This document shows positions 37,728 to 47,174 of a stretch of 64,000 bases of DNA, piece by piece. Source of the stretch: Pseudomonadota bacterium (GTDB lineage: Bacteria; Pseudomonadota; Gammaproteobacteria; Pseudomonadales; Halieaceae); contig JBCDGU010000014.1 in the NCBI GenBank assembly GCA_038750875.1, forward strand, positions 7,776 to 71,775, read 5' to 3'. Positions within the stretch are counted from its first letter, which is position 1; each line of letters opens with the position of its first letter. The notes under the pieces were generated by a model that was given only the letters and a program-made list of their open reading frames with translations, was not told where the DNA came from and did no database searches. The position numbers and the translations under genes were made by a program.

Positions 37728-38906
37728 ATGAATTTTGATTTTTCTGAAGAGCAAACAATGCTTCGCGACAGCGTCGCGCGCTTTGTTCAGGACGACTACG
37801 ACTTTGATACGCGTCGCGCCATCGTCGCCACCGACGATGCCATCAGCCGCGAGAACTGGCAGACCTTTGCCGAGCTTGGTTGGCTGAGTGTGCCCTTTGC
37901 AGAAGAGCACGGTGGTTTCGGCGGCGGTCCCGTTGACGTCATGGTCATGATGGAAGAGTTTGGTAAGGGCCTCGTCGTTGAGCCTTACTTCGCAACGGTA
38001 GTCCTCTACGGTGGTCTGCTGCGTGCCGCGGGCAGCGAAGCTCAGCAGGCGGCGCTGATTCCCGGCATCATCGATGGCAGCACCCTCGGCGCGTTTGCCT
38101 ACATCGAGCGTCAAAGCCGCTATGAGCTCAGCGATGTGCTGAACAGGGCGTCTGCCTCTGGCGATGGCTATGTGCTGAACGGCGAAAAGGTTGCTGTGCT
38201 AAATGGCGCCAACGCCGACCAGCTCGTTGTGTCGGCCCGCACCTCAGGTGATCAGTCTGACACGAACGGTATCTCTCTCTTTGTCGTTCCTGCCGACGCC
38301 GCCGGCGTCGAGCGCGTCAGCTACCGCATGATGGATGGCCAGAAGGTCGCCAACATCACCTTCAAGGATGTCGCGCTGCCTGCAGACGCGCTTCTGGGTT
38401 CCGTCGACAGCGGATACGCGGTGATGGAGAAGGTTGTTCATGAGGCACTCTGTGCGTTGGGCGGAGAAGCCCTGGGCATCATGGGGCAGCTGAATAGCAA
38501 GACCCTCGAATACACCAAGACGCGCGAGCAGTTTGGCGTTGCCATCGGCAGCTTCCAGGCACTGCAGCACCGCATGGTCGATACCTTCATGTCTTACGAG
38601 CAGGCGAAGTCCATGGTCTTTCGCGCTGTGTGTGAACTCGAGAATGGCGATGCCTCTGCCGCGCGTACCATTCACGCCATGAAAGTGATGATCGAAAGGT
38701 GCGGACGCCATGTCTTCGAAGAAGCGATCCAGCTGCACGGCGGCATGGGACTCACAGACGAGCTCGACATCGGCCACTACGCCAAGCGTTTGATGATGAT
38801 CAACGCCACGCTGGGCGATGGTGACTTCCACCAGAGCGCGTTCAACGCACTGAGCTACGCGACTCCCGAGTCAGCTACGGTTACCAGCATCAGCGACGCC
38901 GCGTAA
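37728..38906 (+). CDS. Acyl-CoA dehydrogenase family protein (divergent C-terminal motif)
   Basis: 392 aa, 18 nt downstream of the first ACAD. It has an ACAD fold (IQLHGGMGLTDE), but the terminal motif is LGDGDFHQ rather than GGSNEIQ. Confidence 0.85.
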   Translation: MNFDFSEEQTMLRDSVARFVQDDYDFDTRRAIVATDDAISRENWQTFAELGWLSVPFAEEHGGFGGGPVDVMVMMEEFGKGLVVEPYFATVVLYGGLLRAAGSEAQQAALIPGIIDGSTLGAFAYIERQSRYELSDVLNRASASGDGYVLNGEKVAVLNGANADQLVVSARTSGDQSDTNGISLFVVPADAAGVERVSYRMMDGQKVANITFKDVALPADALLGSVDSGYAVMEKVVHEALCALGGEALGIMGQLNSKTLEYTKTREQFGVAIGSFQALQHRMVDTFMSYEQAKSMVFRAVCELENGDASAARTIHAMKVMIERCGRHVFEEAIQLHGGMGLTDELDIGHYAKRLMMINATLGDGDFHQSAFNALSYATPESATVTSISDAA

Positions 38907-38926
38907 GCTTCACTGTCATTAAACAG

Positions 38927-38949
38927 GCCCCCGACTCCGGGGGCTTTTT
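38927..38949 (+). terminator. Rho-independent terminator-like hairpin
   Basis: GCCCCC(G)-ACTC-(C)GGGGGC followed by TTTTT. It lies only about 20 nt before the next gene, so it may act as a partial terminator. Confidence 0.6.
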
Positions 38950-38968
38950 CGTTTTTGGGGGAATCATT

Positions 38969-39760
38969 ATGGATATTCAGGGAAAAGTTGTCGTCGTTAC
39001 CGGTGGCGGGAATGGCATCGGCAAAGCGCTTTGCGAGCGCTTTGCTGCTGACGGTGCGCGCCATGTTGCGGTGGTAGATTTGGAGAAAGAGTCTGCGGAA
39101 GCCGTGGCCAGCGAGATTGGTGGCAGCGCCTATGGCGTCGACGTGCGTAACGAGCAGCAGATCGCGGACATGGTCGCCGCCGTTGAGGCCGATCAGGGTC
39201 AGATCGATCTGTTCTGCTCCAACGCAGGCATTATCAAGACGGACGCACCGCAGTGGTGGGCGACCTCTGCCACCAACGACACCTGGCAGGCAATGTGGGA
39301 TATCCACGTGATGAGCCACGTTTGGGCGGCTCGCGCTTGCTTGCCAGCGATGATCGAGCGCGGGGAAGGGTATTTCTTGAACACGGCTTCTGCCGCCGGT
39401 CTTCTGAGTCAGATCGGCGATGCGGCTTACTCTACAACGAAGCATGCGGCCATCGGTTTTGCGGAAGCGCTGGCGATTACCCACGGCGATGATGGCGTTA
39501 AAGTGTCCTGCCTTTGCCCCCAGGCGGTGGCAACGCGCATGATCGGCGTGGCAGAGGATGGCGGCACCGCAGGCGTGGATGGCGTACTGTCGACCGCTGA
39601 CGTGGCAGATGCCTGCGTGCGCGCTATTGCCGAAGAGCGCTTTCTCGTTTTACCTCACGAAGAGGTACAAACCTACCGCGAGCGTAAGACGGCAGACTAC
39701 GATCGTTGGCTCAGCGGTATGCGTAAATTGCGTAGTAAATTCGGCAACCCTACACTGTGA
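38969..39760 (+). CDS. SDR-family oxidoreductase
   Basis: It has the TGGGNGIG cofactor motif and the YSTTKHA catalytic motif. Confidence 0.9.
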   Translation: MDIQGKVVVVTGGGNGIGKALCERFAADGARHVAVVDLEKESAEAVASEIGGSAYGVDVRNEQQIADMVAAVEADQGQIDLFCSNAGIIKTDAPQWWATSATNDTWQAMWDIHVMSHVWAARACLPAMIERGEGYFLNTASAAGLLSQIGDAAYSTTKHAAIGFAEALAITHGDDGVKVSCLCPQAVATRMIGVAEDGGTAGVDGVLSTADVADACVRAIAEERFLVLPHEEVQTYRERKTADYDRWLSGMRKLRSKFGNPTL

Positions 39761-39784
39761 CGCTTTTCTGAGGCGGGATAGTCC

Positions 39785-41539
39785 GTGGAGAAACGCCAGC
39801 GCTTTGCGCGGATCATTCTGAACGGGTTCGAGTCTTACTTCGCCGACTTCCAGAACATCACGCTCAGTGCCCGGTCTCGTTTTGAAAACGCCGACTGGCT
39901 GGGGCTGCACGCGGCCTCCGCTGAGCGTATTGATCTGTATAAACACAAGGTCCACGGTGTGTTGGCCGCCGTGGAGCTTGTGGCTGGCGATGAACTGGAA
40001 GACTACGACTTCTGGCGCGACGCTAAGCGTATTTATGCGGGCCTGATCCACAGCCACAACAACTTTGAGATCGCCGAGACCTTCTACAATTCGGTGTTCA
40101 ACTCGGTGTTCAAGCACGAGCGCGTGCGCAACGATTACGCGTTCGTCTTCTCCTCCCAGAGCGATATTCCCCTGTCTGATTCGAGTCCGGTGCTTCGCTA
40201 CTACCGGGCGCAGGCGTCCGTGCGGGACACCTTCGCCGAGCTCCTGAACGATTACAGTTTCGATATTCCCTACGAAGACCTCGATCGGGACCTCGCGTGG
40301 ATCGACGAAGCCCTCCAGCGCGAGCTGGATCTGTCGCCGGAGCGTTCGCTGCAGGAATACAACTTTCGCCTCGAAGTACTGACCGCGCACTTCTTTCGAA
40401 ACAAGGGTGCCTACATCGTGGGCCGCGTACTCTACGGGGAAGAAAGCGAACCCTTTGTTTTGCCGCTCCTGCACAACGAAGAAGGTGCGGTCTACGTCGA
40501 CACGATACTGTTCGGGTCAAACCGCGTGAGCGTCGTGTTCAGCTTCACGCGTTCGTACTTCATGGTGGATGCGATCATTCCCTCCCAGTACGTGCTCTTC
40601 CTCGCCAAGCTCATGCCCGAAAAGCCCATCTCCGAGATTTACAGCAGCATGGGCTACAACAAGCATGGCAAGACGTACTACCACCGCTCTGCGGTACGCC
40701 ACATGGAGAGCACCACCGATAAGTTCATCATCGCTCCCGGCATTAAGGGCATGGTGATGAGCGTTTTCACGCTGCCGTCCTATCCCTTTGTGTTCAAGAT
40801 CATCAAGGACCGCTTCACACCGCCAAAAGACATGACCCGTGAAGAAGTGAAAGCCAAGTACAAGCTGGTGAAAAGAGCCGATCGAGCCGGGCGCATGGCC
40901 GATACACAGGAATTCACAAATCTCGCCTTTGCGCGCGATCGCTTCTCTGATGAGCTAATGGAAGAGCTACAACAGGTGGCACCCTCGCTCATTAACGTGC
41001 AGGGCAAAGCACTGATCATCGGCCACTTATACGTAGAACGCCGGATGACGCCGCTCAATCTGTTCCTACAAAACGCGACGGACGAAGAGCTGCGTTCCTG
41101 CATGATTGAGTACGGCAATGCGATAAAAGAGCTGGCCGCGGCCAACATCTTTCCTGGCGACATGCTCCTTAAGAACTTCGGTGTGACCCGCCATGGACGG
41201 GTGGTGTTCTACGATTACGACGAGATCGTGCCGCTGCTGGACTGTAACTTCCGCACCATCCCTGAGCCCCGGAACGAGATGGAGGAAATGGCCAGTCAGC
41301 CCTGGTACTCCGTGGGGCCCAATGACATCTTCCCGGAAGAGTTCAGACTGTTCTTCTCGGGCAACCAGCGCGCTCGCAAGGTGTTTGACGAGCGTCACTC
41401 GGACATATACGAGGCCGACTTCTGGCGCTCTCTGCAGGAGCAGATTCGCGGCGGCTTCGTGGAATCCTTTTACCCCTATCGGCGTCGGCTGCGCTTTCCT
41501 CGCGCCGAGTCTCTCCTTGAAAGCAATGGAGCCGCTTAA
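39785..41539 (+). CDS. aceK: Isocitrate dehydrogenase kinase/phosphatase
   Basis: 584 aa. The N-terminus ILNGFESYFADFQNIT and the conserved kinase region (LLKNFGVTRHGRVVFYDYDE) are typical of AceK. Confidence 0.9.
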   Translation: MEKRQRFARIILNGFESYFADFQNITLSARSRFENADWLGLHAASAERIDLYKHKVHGVLAAVELVAGDELEDYDFWRDAKRIYAGLIHSHNNFEIAETFYNSVFNSVFKHERVRNDYAFVFSSQSDIPLSDSSPVLRYYRAQASVRDTFAELLNDYSFDIPYEDLDRDLAWIDEALQRELDLSPERSLQEYNFRLEVLTAHFFRNKGAYIVGRVLYGEESEPFVLPLLHNEEGAVYVDTILFGSNRVSVVFSFTRSYFMVDAIIPSQYVLFLAKLMPEKPISEIYSSMGYNKHGKTYYHRSAVRHMESTTDKFIIAPGIKGMVMSVFTLPSYPFVFKIIKDRFTPPKDMTREEVKAKYKLVKRADRAGRMADTQEFTNLAFARDRFSDELMEELQQVAPSLINVQGKALIIGHLYVERRMTPLNLFLQNATDEELRSCMIEYGNAIKELAAANIFPGDMLLKNFGVTRHGRVVFYDYDEIVPLLDCNFRTIPEPRNEMEEMASQPWYSVGPNDIFPEEFRLFFSGNQRARKVFDERHSDIYEADFWRSLQEQIRGGFVESFYPYRRRLRFPRAESLLESNGAA

Positions 41540-42246
41540 TGGCCAGTATTTATCTTATCCGCCACGGACAGGCGTCCTTTGGCGCTGACAACTACGACGA
41601 GCTGTCCGCGCTGGGGCGACATCAGGCGACGCTGACGGGGGAGTATCTGGCCCGCGTGGGCATTCATTTTGACGCTGCATACTGCGGCGCCCTGGACCGC
41701 CAACGTGATACGGGACGCCTGGCACTGGCAGCGCAGCCCAGCAGCGTCGCGCTAATGGAAGATTCCCGTCTCGATGAGGTCCGTAACGACGAGCACCTTG
41801 AGCACTTGCTGCCCAAGGTCATCGCCCAGCGGCCAGAGATTGCCGAGATCGTGGAGGGCGGACTGGATTCCAGCAAACGATTCCAGAAAGTGATCGAAGC
41901 CGTGTTCAATTACTGGGTGTCGCCCGAGTGCGACGATCCGAACATCCAGAGCTGGGACGAGTATTCCTCTGGCGTGCATTCAATGCTTCGGGACATCATG
42001 ACCAATGAGGGCGGCGGCAAGAACGTCGCCGTTTTCACCTCGGGCGGGACCATCGCCACCTTCGTTGCGGCGGTGGTGGGTGTGCCGGGAAGCAAAACCT
42101 ATCAGTTCTACGAGCCGGTGTTTAACTGCTCCGTCACTCAACTGATCTACAGTTCAAACCGCGTTTCCCTGTCTTACTTCAACGACTGTTCCTTCCTTCG
42201 TCAGCTTTCCGTCGAACGCAGCGAAAAGTTGGTTACCTACCGCTGA
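41539..42246 (+). CDS. Histidine phosphatase (PGAM-like) family protein
   Basis: It has the RHG motif (IYLIRHGQASF). The ATG shares one base with the aceK TAA stop (TAATG). Confidence 0.8.
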   Translation: MASIYLIRHGQASFGADNYDELSALGRHQATLTGEYLARVGIHFDAAYCGALDRQRDTGRLALAAQPSSVALMEDSRLDEVRNDEHLEHLLPKVIAQRPEIAEIVEGGLDSSKRFQKVIEAVFNYWVSPECDDPNIQSWDEYSSGVHSMLRDIMTNEGGGKNVAVFTSGGTIATFVAAVVGVPGSKTYQFYEPVFNCSVTQLIYSSNRVSLSYFNDCSFLRQLSVERSEKLVTYR

Positions 42247-42803
42247 TGGCGAGTCGAATCCTCCTGGTGCGTCACGGTGAGGCCGCCGCGAGTTGGGGGC
42301 AGAGCGCCGACCCTGGGCTTTCGGAGCTGGGGTGGCGCCAGGCGGATCTCGTGTCATCGCAGCTTCAGGCGTTGGCAGGCGATCAGCGGCCCCTGCTCAT
42401 AAGCAGCCCGCTTAAGCGCGCCCAGGAGACCGCACAGCCTTTCTCCGAGGCGATGGATTTGCCCGTCGCGATTGATGAGCGTGTCAAAGAGATTCCCTCA
42501 CCCGTGCCGCTGGCCCAGCGTCAGACCTGGCTGCAGGGTTTCATGCGCCAGACCTGGACTGAACAGCCTGGTGCGCTCTGGGACTGGCGGCGGGGCGTGG
42601 TCGACGCGGTCAGCGAGCCGGAGGGCATTATCGTGGTTTTCACGCATTTCCTGGTGATCAATGCGCTGGTGGGTCACTGTCAGGGCCGCGAGAACACCCT
42701 CGTCTTTTGGCCTGCCAATACTTCGGTGACCGAGCTCCGTCGTACCGGCGAGGAGCTCTACGTTCATGAACTTGGCGAAGAAATGGCCTCGCGCGTCAAC
42801 TAA
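42246..42803 (+). CDS. Histidine phosphatase (PGAM-like) family protein
   Basis: It has the RHG motif (ILLVRHGEAAAS). The ATG overlaps the upstream TGA stop (TGATG). Confidence 0.8.
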   Translation: MASRILLVRHGEAAASWGQSADPGLSELGWRQADLVSSQLQALAGDQRPLLISSPLKRAQETAQPFSEAMDLPVAIDERVKEIPSPVPLAQRQTWLQGFMRQTWTEQPGALWDWRRGVVDAVSEPEGIIVVFTHFLVINALVGHCQGRENTLVFWPANTSVTELRRTGEELYVHELGEEMASRVN

Positions 42804-42823
42804 CGCTGCCGGAGTTTTGTGCG

Positions 42824-43684
42824 TTACGGCGAGCTGGGCCGAAGACGAATCAGCGATTCCTGCACCGTGGATGCGACCAAGCGGCCCTGCCGGTCGTAAA
42901 ATTCCCCTCGGCTAAAGCCCCGTCCTCCGCCCGCGTTTGGGCTGTCCATGCTGTACAGCAGATAGTCATCCGCTCGGCCCATGCGATGAAACCAGATCGC
43001 GTGATCGAGGCTTGCCGCCTGAATCTTCTTGCTCATGGCCGTATAGGGGTGGGGCAGTAGCGCCGCGCCCAAAAGGGCAAAATCCGAGATAAAGGCAATG
43101 AGCGTTTGATGGCGGTTTCTATCATCACCGATATCACCGGGCACCCGAAACCACATGTGGGAAACGGGGTCTTCCGCCTTGGGATTCAGATAGTCTCTGC
43201 GCCGAACAACGCGGCGCTCTACAGCCTGGGCGAGCGGTGGGTCGAAGCGATCTGGATGCTCCTCAGTCATCTCCGTCCAAAACTCAAAGTCGGTCTGTAG
43301 TTCTTCCGGTGGTGCCACCTGCGGTCTGTCAGACTGATGCTCAAGCCCCTCCTCAAGAAGCTGATACGACACTGACGCGATAAAGATGGGCTTGCCATCC
43401 TGCTTGGCGACCACGCGGCGGGTGGCGAAGCTGCGCCCATCCCGGGTGGGGTCGACCTCAAAAACGATCTGTTTCTTGGGATCACCCGGGCGAAGGAAAT
43501 GCGCATGCATCGAGTGCGCGATTCGTTCGTCGTCGATAGAGCGATTCGCTGCGTTGAGGCTTTGGGCAAGCACTTGCCCGCCAAAAATACGCCTGGGGCG
43601 CTCAGGACTCGTGCCGGTGAATAGGTATTTGTCGATACGTTTCACTTCCAGGCGATCAATCAGATCCTGAACGGGATCACTCAT
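42824..43684 (-). CDS. tesB: Acyl-CoA thioesterase II
   Basis: 286 aa with a double hot-dog fold and TesB-like motifs (IFGGQVLAQSL, LDHAIWFHR). Confidence 0.85.
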   Translation of the reverse strand: MSDPVQDLIDRLEVKRIDKYLFTGTSPERPRRIFGGQVLAQSLNAANRSIDDERIAHSMHAHFLRPGDPKKQIVFEVDPTRDGRSFATRRVVAKQDGKPIFIASVSYQLLEEGLEHQSDRPQVAPPEELQTDFEFWTEMTEEHPDRFDPPLAQAVERRVVRRRDYLNPKAEDPVSHMWFRVPGDIGDDRNRHQTLIAFISDFALLGAALLPHPYTAMSKKIQAASLDHAIWFHRMGRADDYLLYSMDSPNAGGGRGFSRGEFYDRQGRLVASTVQESLIRLRPSSP

Positions 43685-43702
43685 AGTTCATTTACCACTG
43701 TG

Positions 43703-44983
43703 TTAGGCGCGCGGCAGCAGCCCGTTGAAGAAAATATCGAAATACTCAATCGCGGCCTGATCGAGATCGTCCACCCGACGCCATAGATTGATATCCATCG
43801 CCGCGTTGGTAGCCCCATTCATCAGGTTTCGCGCCACAAATGCATCGACATCGCGGATGCTTCCCTCGCCTTTGCCCTCGTTGATGAGCTTCGTAAAGGC
43901 TTCGTTGACCTGCTCCGTCTCGTTCAATATCTGTATGCGCCTGGGTGTCGGCAGGGCGGTAATCGTGTTGTAGCGGATCAGGGGGCCTTGCTCGGAATTC
44001 TGCGCATGAAAGATCCGTCTCAGGGCCTCATCCATACGATCCAGGGCGCTTCGGTCTTCGCGCTCCACGCGAGCGTAGATACGTCGAGTGATGGCAAGGG
44101 AGCGTTCGTAGCAGGCATACAGCAGGTCTTCCTTGTTCTTGATGTGGTAATAGAACGCGCCTTTTGAAACATTGAGGTCTTCGGCGATCTCATCCAGAGA
44201 CGCACCCGCAAAGCCCTTCTTGTTAAAGAACCAGGTGCCCGTTTTGTAAAACGCCTCCTGCTTCTGACGATTCTGCTCGTCTCTATCGAAGCCCTGTGAT
44301 GGCCGATCACCCAGGTAACTCAAATCCAGCCGACCCGGGTGGTATTCGCCCTCACCGGCATAAAATCCCCGTAGCAGGAAGCTCCAGGCGCGATCCGCCG
44401 CGGCGAGCACATCGTCGCGTTCCAACTGATGCAGCCAATTGAAAACCCAGTCCACGGCACCGATTAGGGCGCGCGTCGTCGACGTGGTATCTACCGGTCT
44501 GATTTGTCCGGCGGCGACAGCATCTCGCAGGTAGCCGCGAAGCCGTTTGAACATTTCGATGTAGGAGCGCTCGATCAGCTCGCGATGTTCGTCGCGCAGC
44601 GAGGCAATCTCCAGTAGTGCCGCGAGGTGCACATCGTCACCGTCCTGCGCGCGGATCCAGTTTTCGAAGGGCGTTCGAAAAACCCGTGCGGCGCGCTCCA
44701 GGGGCGTCAGCTCTATGGCATCGAGCTGATCCATGACCGCATGCTGCCGCTGCAGGGATACCTCGTAGCACTGGAAGATCAGCTCTTCTTTGGTGCGTAC
44801 ATAGTAATAGAGGCTGGTCTTGGTGAGTCCCAGGCCCTTGGCGACATCCTGCAGTGTGGTGCTTCGACTTCCCTTGCCGTTAAACAAACGCGCGGCCTCC
44901 GAAAGGATCGCAATGCGCTTGGCATCGTGCTGCGCCTTTCGGTTAAACGGCGAGGCGTCGTTGCTGGGTCTTGACGGCGTCAT
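43703..44983 (-). CDS. TetR/AcrR-family regulator with two complete TetR modules in one chain
   Basis: 426 aa with two HTH segments (GSRSTTLQDVAKGLGLTKTSLYYYVRTKEEL and FAGASLDEIAEDLNVSKGAFYYHIKNKEDL), each followed by a ligand-domain-sized region. Confidence 0.85.
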   Translation of the reverse strand: MTPSRPSNDASPFNRKAQHDAKRIAILSEAARLFNGKGSRSTTLQDVAKGLGLTKTSLYYYVRTKEELIFQCYEVSLQRQHAVMDQLDAIELTPLERAARVFRTPFENWIRAQDGDDVHLAALLEIASLRDEHRELIERSYIEMFKRLRGYLRDAVAAGQIRPVDTTSTTRALIGAVDWVFNWLHQLERDDVLAAADRAWSFLLRGFYAGEGEYHPGRLDLSYLGDRPSQGFDRDEQNRQKQEAFYKTGTWFFNKKGFAGASLDEIAEDLNVSKGAFYYHIKNKEDLLYACYERSLAITRRIYARVEREDRSALDRMDEALRRIFHAQNSEQGPLIRYNTITALPTPRRIQILNETEQVNEAFTKLINEGKGEGSIRDVDAFVARNLMNGATNAAMDINLWRRVDDLDQAAIEYFDIFFNGLLPRA

Positions 44984-45015
44984 AGGGCAGAGACGAAGGG
45001 GTCTTCATACCTAAT

Positions 45016-45032
45016 AGTTGGGAATTCCAACT
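45016..45032. promoter_or_regulatory. Near-palindromic operator candidate upstream of the double TetR gene
   Basis: AGTTGG(G)AATTCCAACT lies 33 nt upstream of the start at 44983. Confidence 0.4.
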
Positions 45033-45172
45033 TTAAGTATTTTTTTTGTCGCTGTCTATGAAGGGCGTTCTATGTGCTTGGCGTGGTTCTGGCAGGCTGT
45101 GTCGGGCTGTGGCGATAGCGGATGTTGGAGAGTTGGCTCAAATCAACCTGAAACGGACACTCAAGTAGTTGA

Positions 45173-46066
45173 TCAGCGGTCTTTTGCCAAATCAATGAAG
45201 GCTCGAAGCCGAGCTGGCATATGTCTCTTGGTTAGGTAATTGATTGTGTATCTGGGTAAGGCAGGTACGCTTTTCTCAAACAGCGTCGTCAAATCGCCTG
45301 TGTCGATAAATGACTGAGCTGGCTTTCGATAAACATACGCGAGTCCTGTACCAGCAACTGCGAAACTCACCATTGAAGCCAGATCATTCACGATCATCCG
45401 CGGCTTGGGCATGACCATGTAGGGGCCTTTCTTCCCATCAACAAATGACCAGGGTGCAAGTTGATCTGCACGACCAAAGCTGAAGCGGATACCGTCGTGT
45501 TCGGTCAGGTCAGCCGGCTTCTTTGGTTCACCTTTTCGTTTCAGGTAGTCAGGGGACGCGACCAGAACCATGTCTAGCTCAGGCCCGATTTCGACCGCGT
45601 AAGTATCTTGCTCAAGCAAGCTTTGCGATCGAATTGCTGCATCGATGCCAGCCGTGACCAGATCTACTTTGCTGTCGTCATAAATCAACTCAACATTTAC
45701 CGCAGGATACATGACGCAGTATTCAGCGATCACTTCATCAAGGAAGAAAGGCGAGCTGCTACGTGGAGCTGATAGACGAAGGGTGCCCAAGATCTCATCT
45801 TGTTCTTCGCTTAGCGCTTTGATTGCGGTTTCCAAATCCGCCAATGCTGGAAGGCTTTGTTCGAGGAGCCGCTCACCGGCATTGGTTAAGGCCATTTTGC
45901 GCGTAGTGCGCTCGATCAGTCGGACGCCAAGACGGGTTTCAATGCGTTGAATCGTCTCGCTGACCGAACCTGCACCTAAACCCAGCTTTTCAGCTGCCGC
46001 CCGGAAGCCGTTCGCACGAGCGACTTCAACAAATACCGAAATGTCGTCTAAGCTGGCTGCTTTCAT
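45173..46066 (-). CDS. LysR-family transcriptional regulator
   Basis: It has an N-terminal wHTH (FVEVARANGFRAAAEKLGLGAGSVSETIQRIE) and is 297 aa long. Confidence 0.9.
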   Translation of the reverse strand: MKAASLDDISVFVEVARANGFRAAAEKLGLGAGSVSETIQRIETRLGVRLIERTTRKMALTNAGERLLEQSLPALADLETAIKALSEEQDEILGTLRLSAPRSSSPFFLDEVIAEYCVMYPAVNVELIYDDSKVDLVTAGIDAAIRSQSLLEQDTYAVEIGPELDMVLVASPDYLKRKGEPKKPADLTEHDGIRFSFGRADQLAPWSFVDGKKGPYMVMPKPRMIVNDLASMVSFAVAGTGLAYVYRKPAQSFIDTGDLTTLFEKSVPALPRYTINYLTKRHMPARLRAFIDLAKDR

Positions 46067-46116
46067 TGTTCGTTAATGTGATCAAAATGTTTCCAAATAA
46101 TTTGTTTATCCTATCA

Positions 46117-46130
46117 ATAGAAAACCCTAT
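46117..46130. promoter_or_regulatory. LysR-type box candidate (ATAG-N6-CTAT)
   Basis: An inverted repeat in the 69-bp divergent region between the LysR gene and the NTF2-like gene. Confidence 0.3.
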
Positions 46131-46135
46131 TGTGA

Positions 46136-46552
46136 ATGAGTAAGTTCAGCAACGGCGACAAAGAAATGAATACGCGCAAAGAAATTGAAGCAGTGATAAA
46201 CGCCTGGAATAACGGCTTGGACAATGGCGACATTGAAGCCATGGTTGCCACATGCCACGCAGATGCGATGACGGTGAACGAACGCCAACCGGTCACGATC
46301 GGCACACAGAGCATTCGTGACAAGTACAACCCTCGAATCGCGGCGGCAGAAATCACCTCTGACTACGACATCGAAGACCTACAGTTTTTTGACAATGTTG
46401 CTGTGGTTTCCGGGCGGTTTCACGGGACCATAGAGATGAAACACACCGGCGAGATGCGAAGCCCTGAAGGTCGCTTGGTTTTGGTTTATCAAAAAGACCA
46501 AAACGGCGATTGGAAAATGATTCTCGACGTGGATAACAACGGACCTGCTTAG
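46136..46552 (+). CDS. NTF2-superfamily (SnoaL/DUF4440-like) protein
   Basis: 138 aa with the pattern EIEAVINAWNNGLDNGDIEAMVATCHADA...DWKMILD. The start could instead be the internal ATG at codon 11. Confidence 0.7.
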   Translation: MSKFSNGDKEMNTRKEIEAVINAWNNGLDNGDIEAMVATCHADAMTVNERQPVTIGTQSIRDKYNPRIAAAEITSDYDIEDLQFFDNVAVVSGRFHGTIEMKHTGEMRSPEGRLVLVYQKDQNGDWKMILDVDNNGPA

Positions 46553-46593
46553 CAGGTCCGAGAAAGTCGAAAACGAACGTTAGGGAGAGAACC

Positions 46594-46983
46594 ATAAACA
46601 AATACGTAGCGAAGCGACCACGTGATATTGCGAATTGTGTAAGTAACTATCTGCAGGAAGGTGATCTGGAAGGCATCATCTCGATGTTTCATCCTGACTG
46701 CAAAATCTTCTTTCCATCCGGACAAACGGCCAGTAAAGGGCTGGACGGTGCACGTAGGGTGTTCGCGGGTTTTGTGGAGATGCGACCAAGGATTGATAGC
46801 CGTGTGGTCAGTGAAGAAATTGTTGGAAATACTGCGTTGTTGCGCGCGCATTGGCGCGTGGTCGCTCCTGACGGGTCTGTTATCGCAGAAGGGCAATCGA
46901 CCGAGGTAGCAACGAAGCTTGACAACGGCGGGTGGGGTTACTTGATCGACTGCCCGCACGGTCCACCAGAATCTGCTGCGTGA
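46594..46983 (+). CDS. NTF2-superfamily protein lacking a canonical start codon (candidate ATA start, or start-codon pseudogene)
   Basis: The frame is open from 46537. The listed ORF begins at ATG 46684, which would remove the conserved N-terminal helix (AKRPRDIANCVSNYLQEGDLEGIISMFHPDC). GGGAGAG lies 4 nt before the in-frame ATA at 46594. There is no ATG, GTG or TTG in frame between 46537 and 46683. Confidence 0.5.
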   Translation: MNKYVAKRPRDIANCVSNYLQEGDLEGIISMFHPDCKIFFPSGQTASKGLDGARRVFAGFVEMRPRIDSRVVSEEIVGNTALLRAHWRVVAPDGSVIAEGQSTEVATKLDNGGWGYLIDCPHGPPESAA

Positions 46984-47174
46984 ACTAAGGCGGACGCGAT
47001 CAAATGGAGCCATAGATCGCTATTAACGTACGCTCCTGGCCGAACGCGGCCATGCTCAGCCAATCAATACCGGTGCTTCACCGCATACGTCTGATCAATC
47101 CTGCAACAAACCCCCTTCACATTCTTATCACCTCTGGCACAGTTGCACCTTTGTTAGGCTAATGGAGGCCCCTC

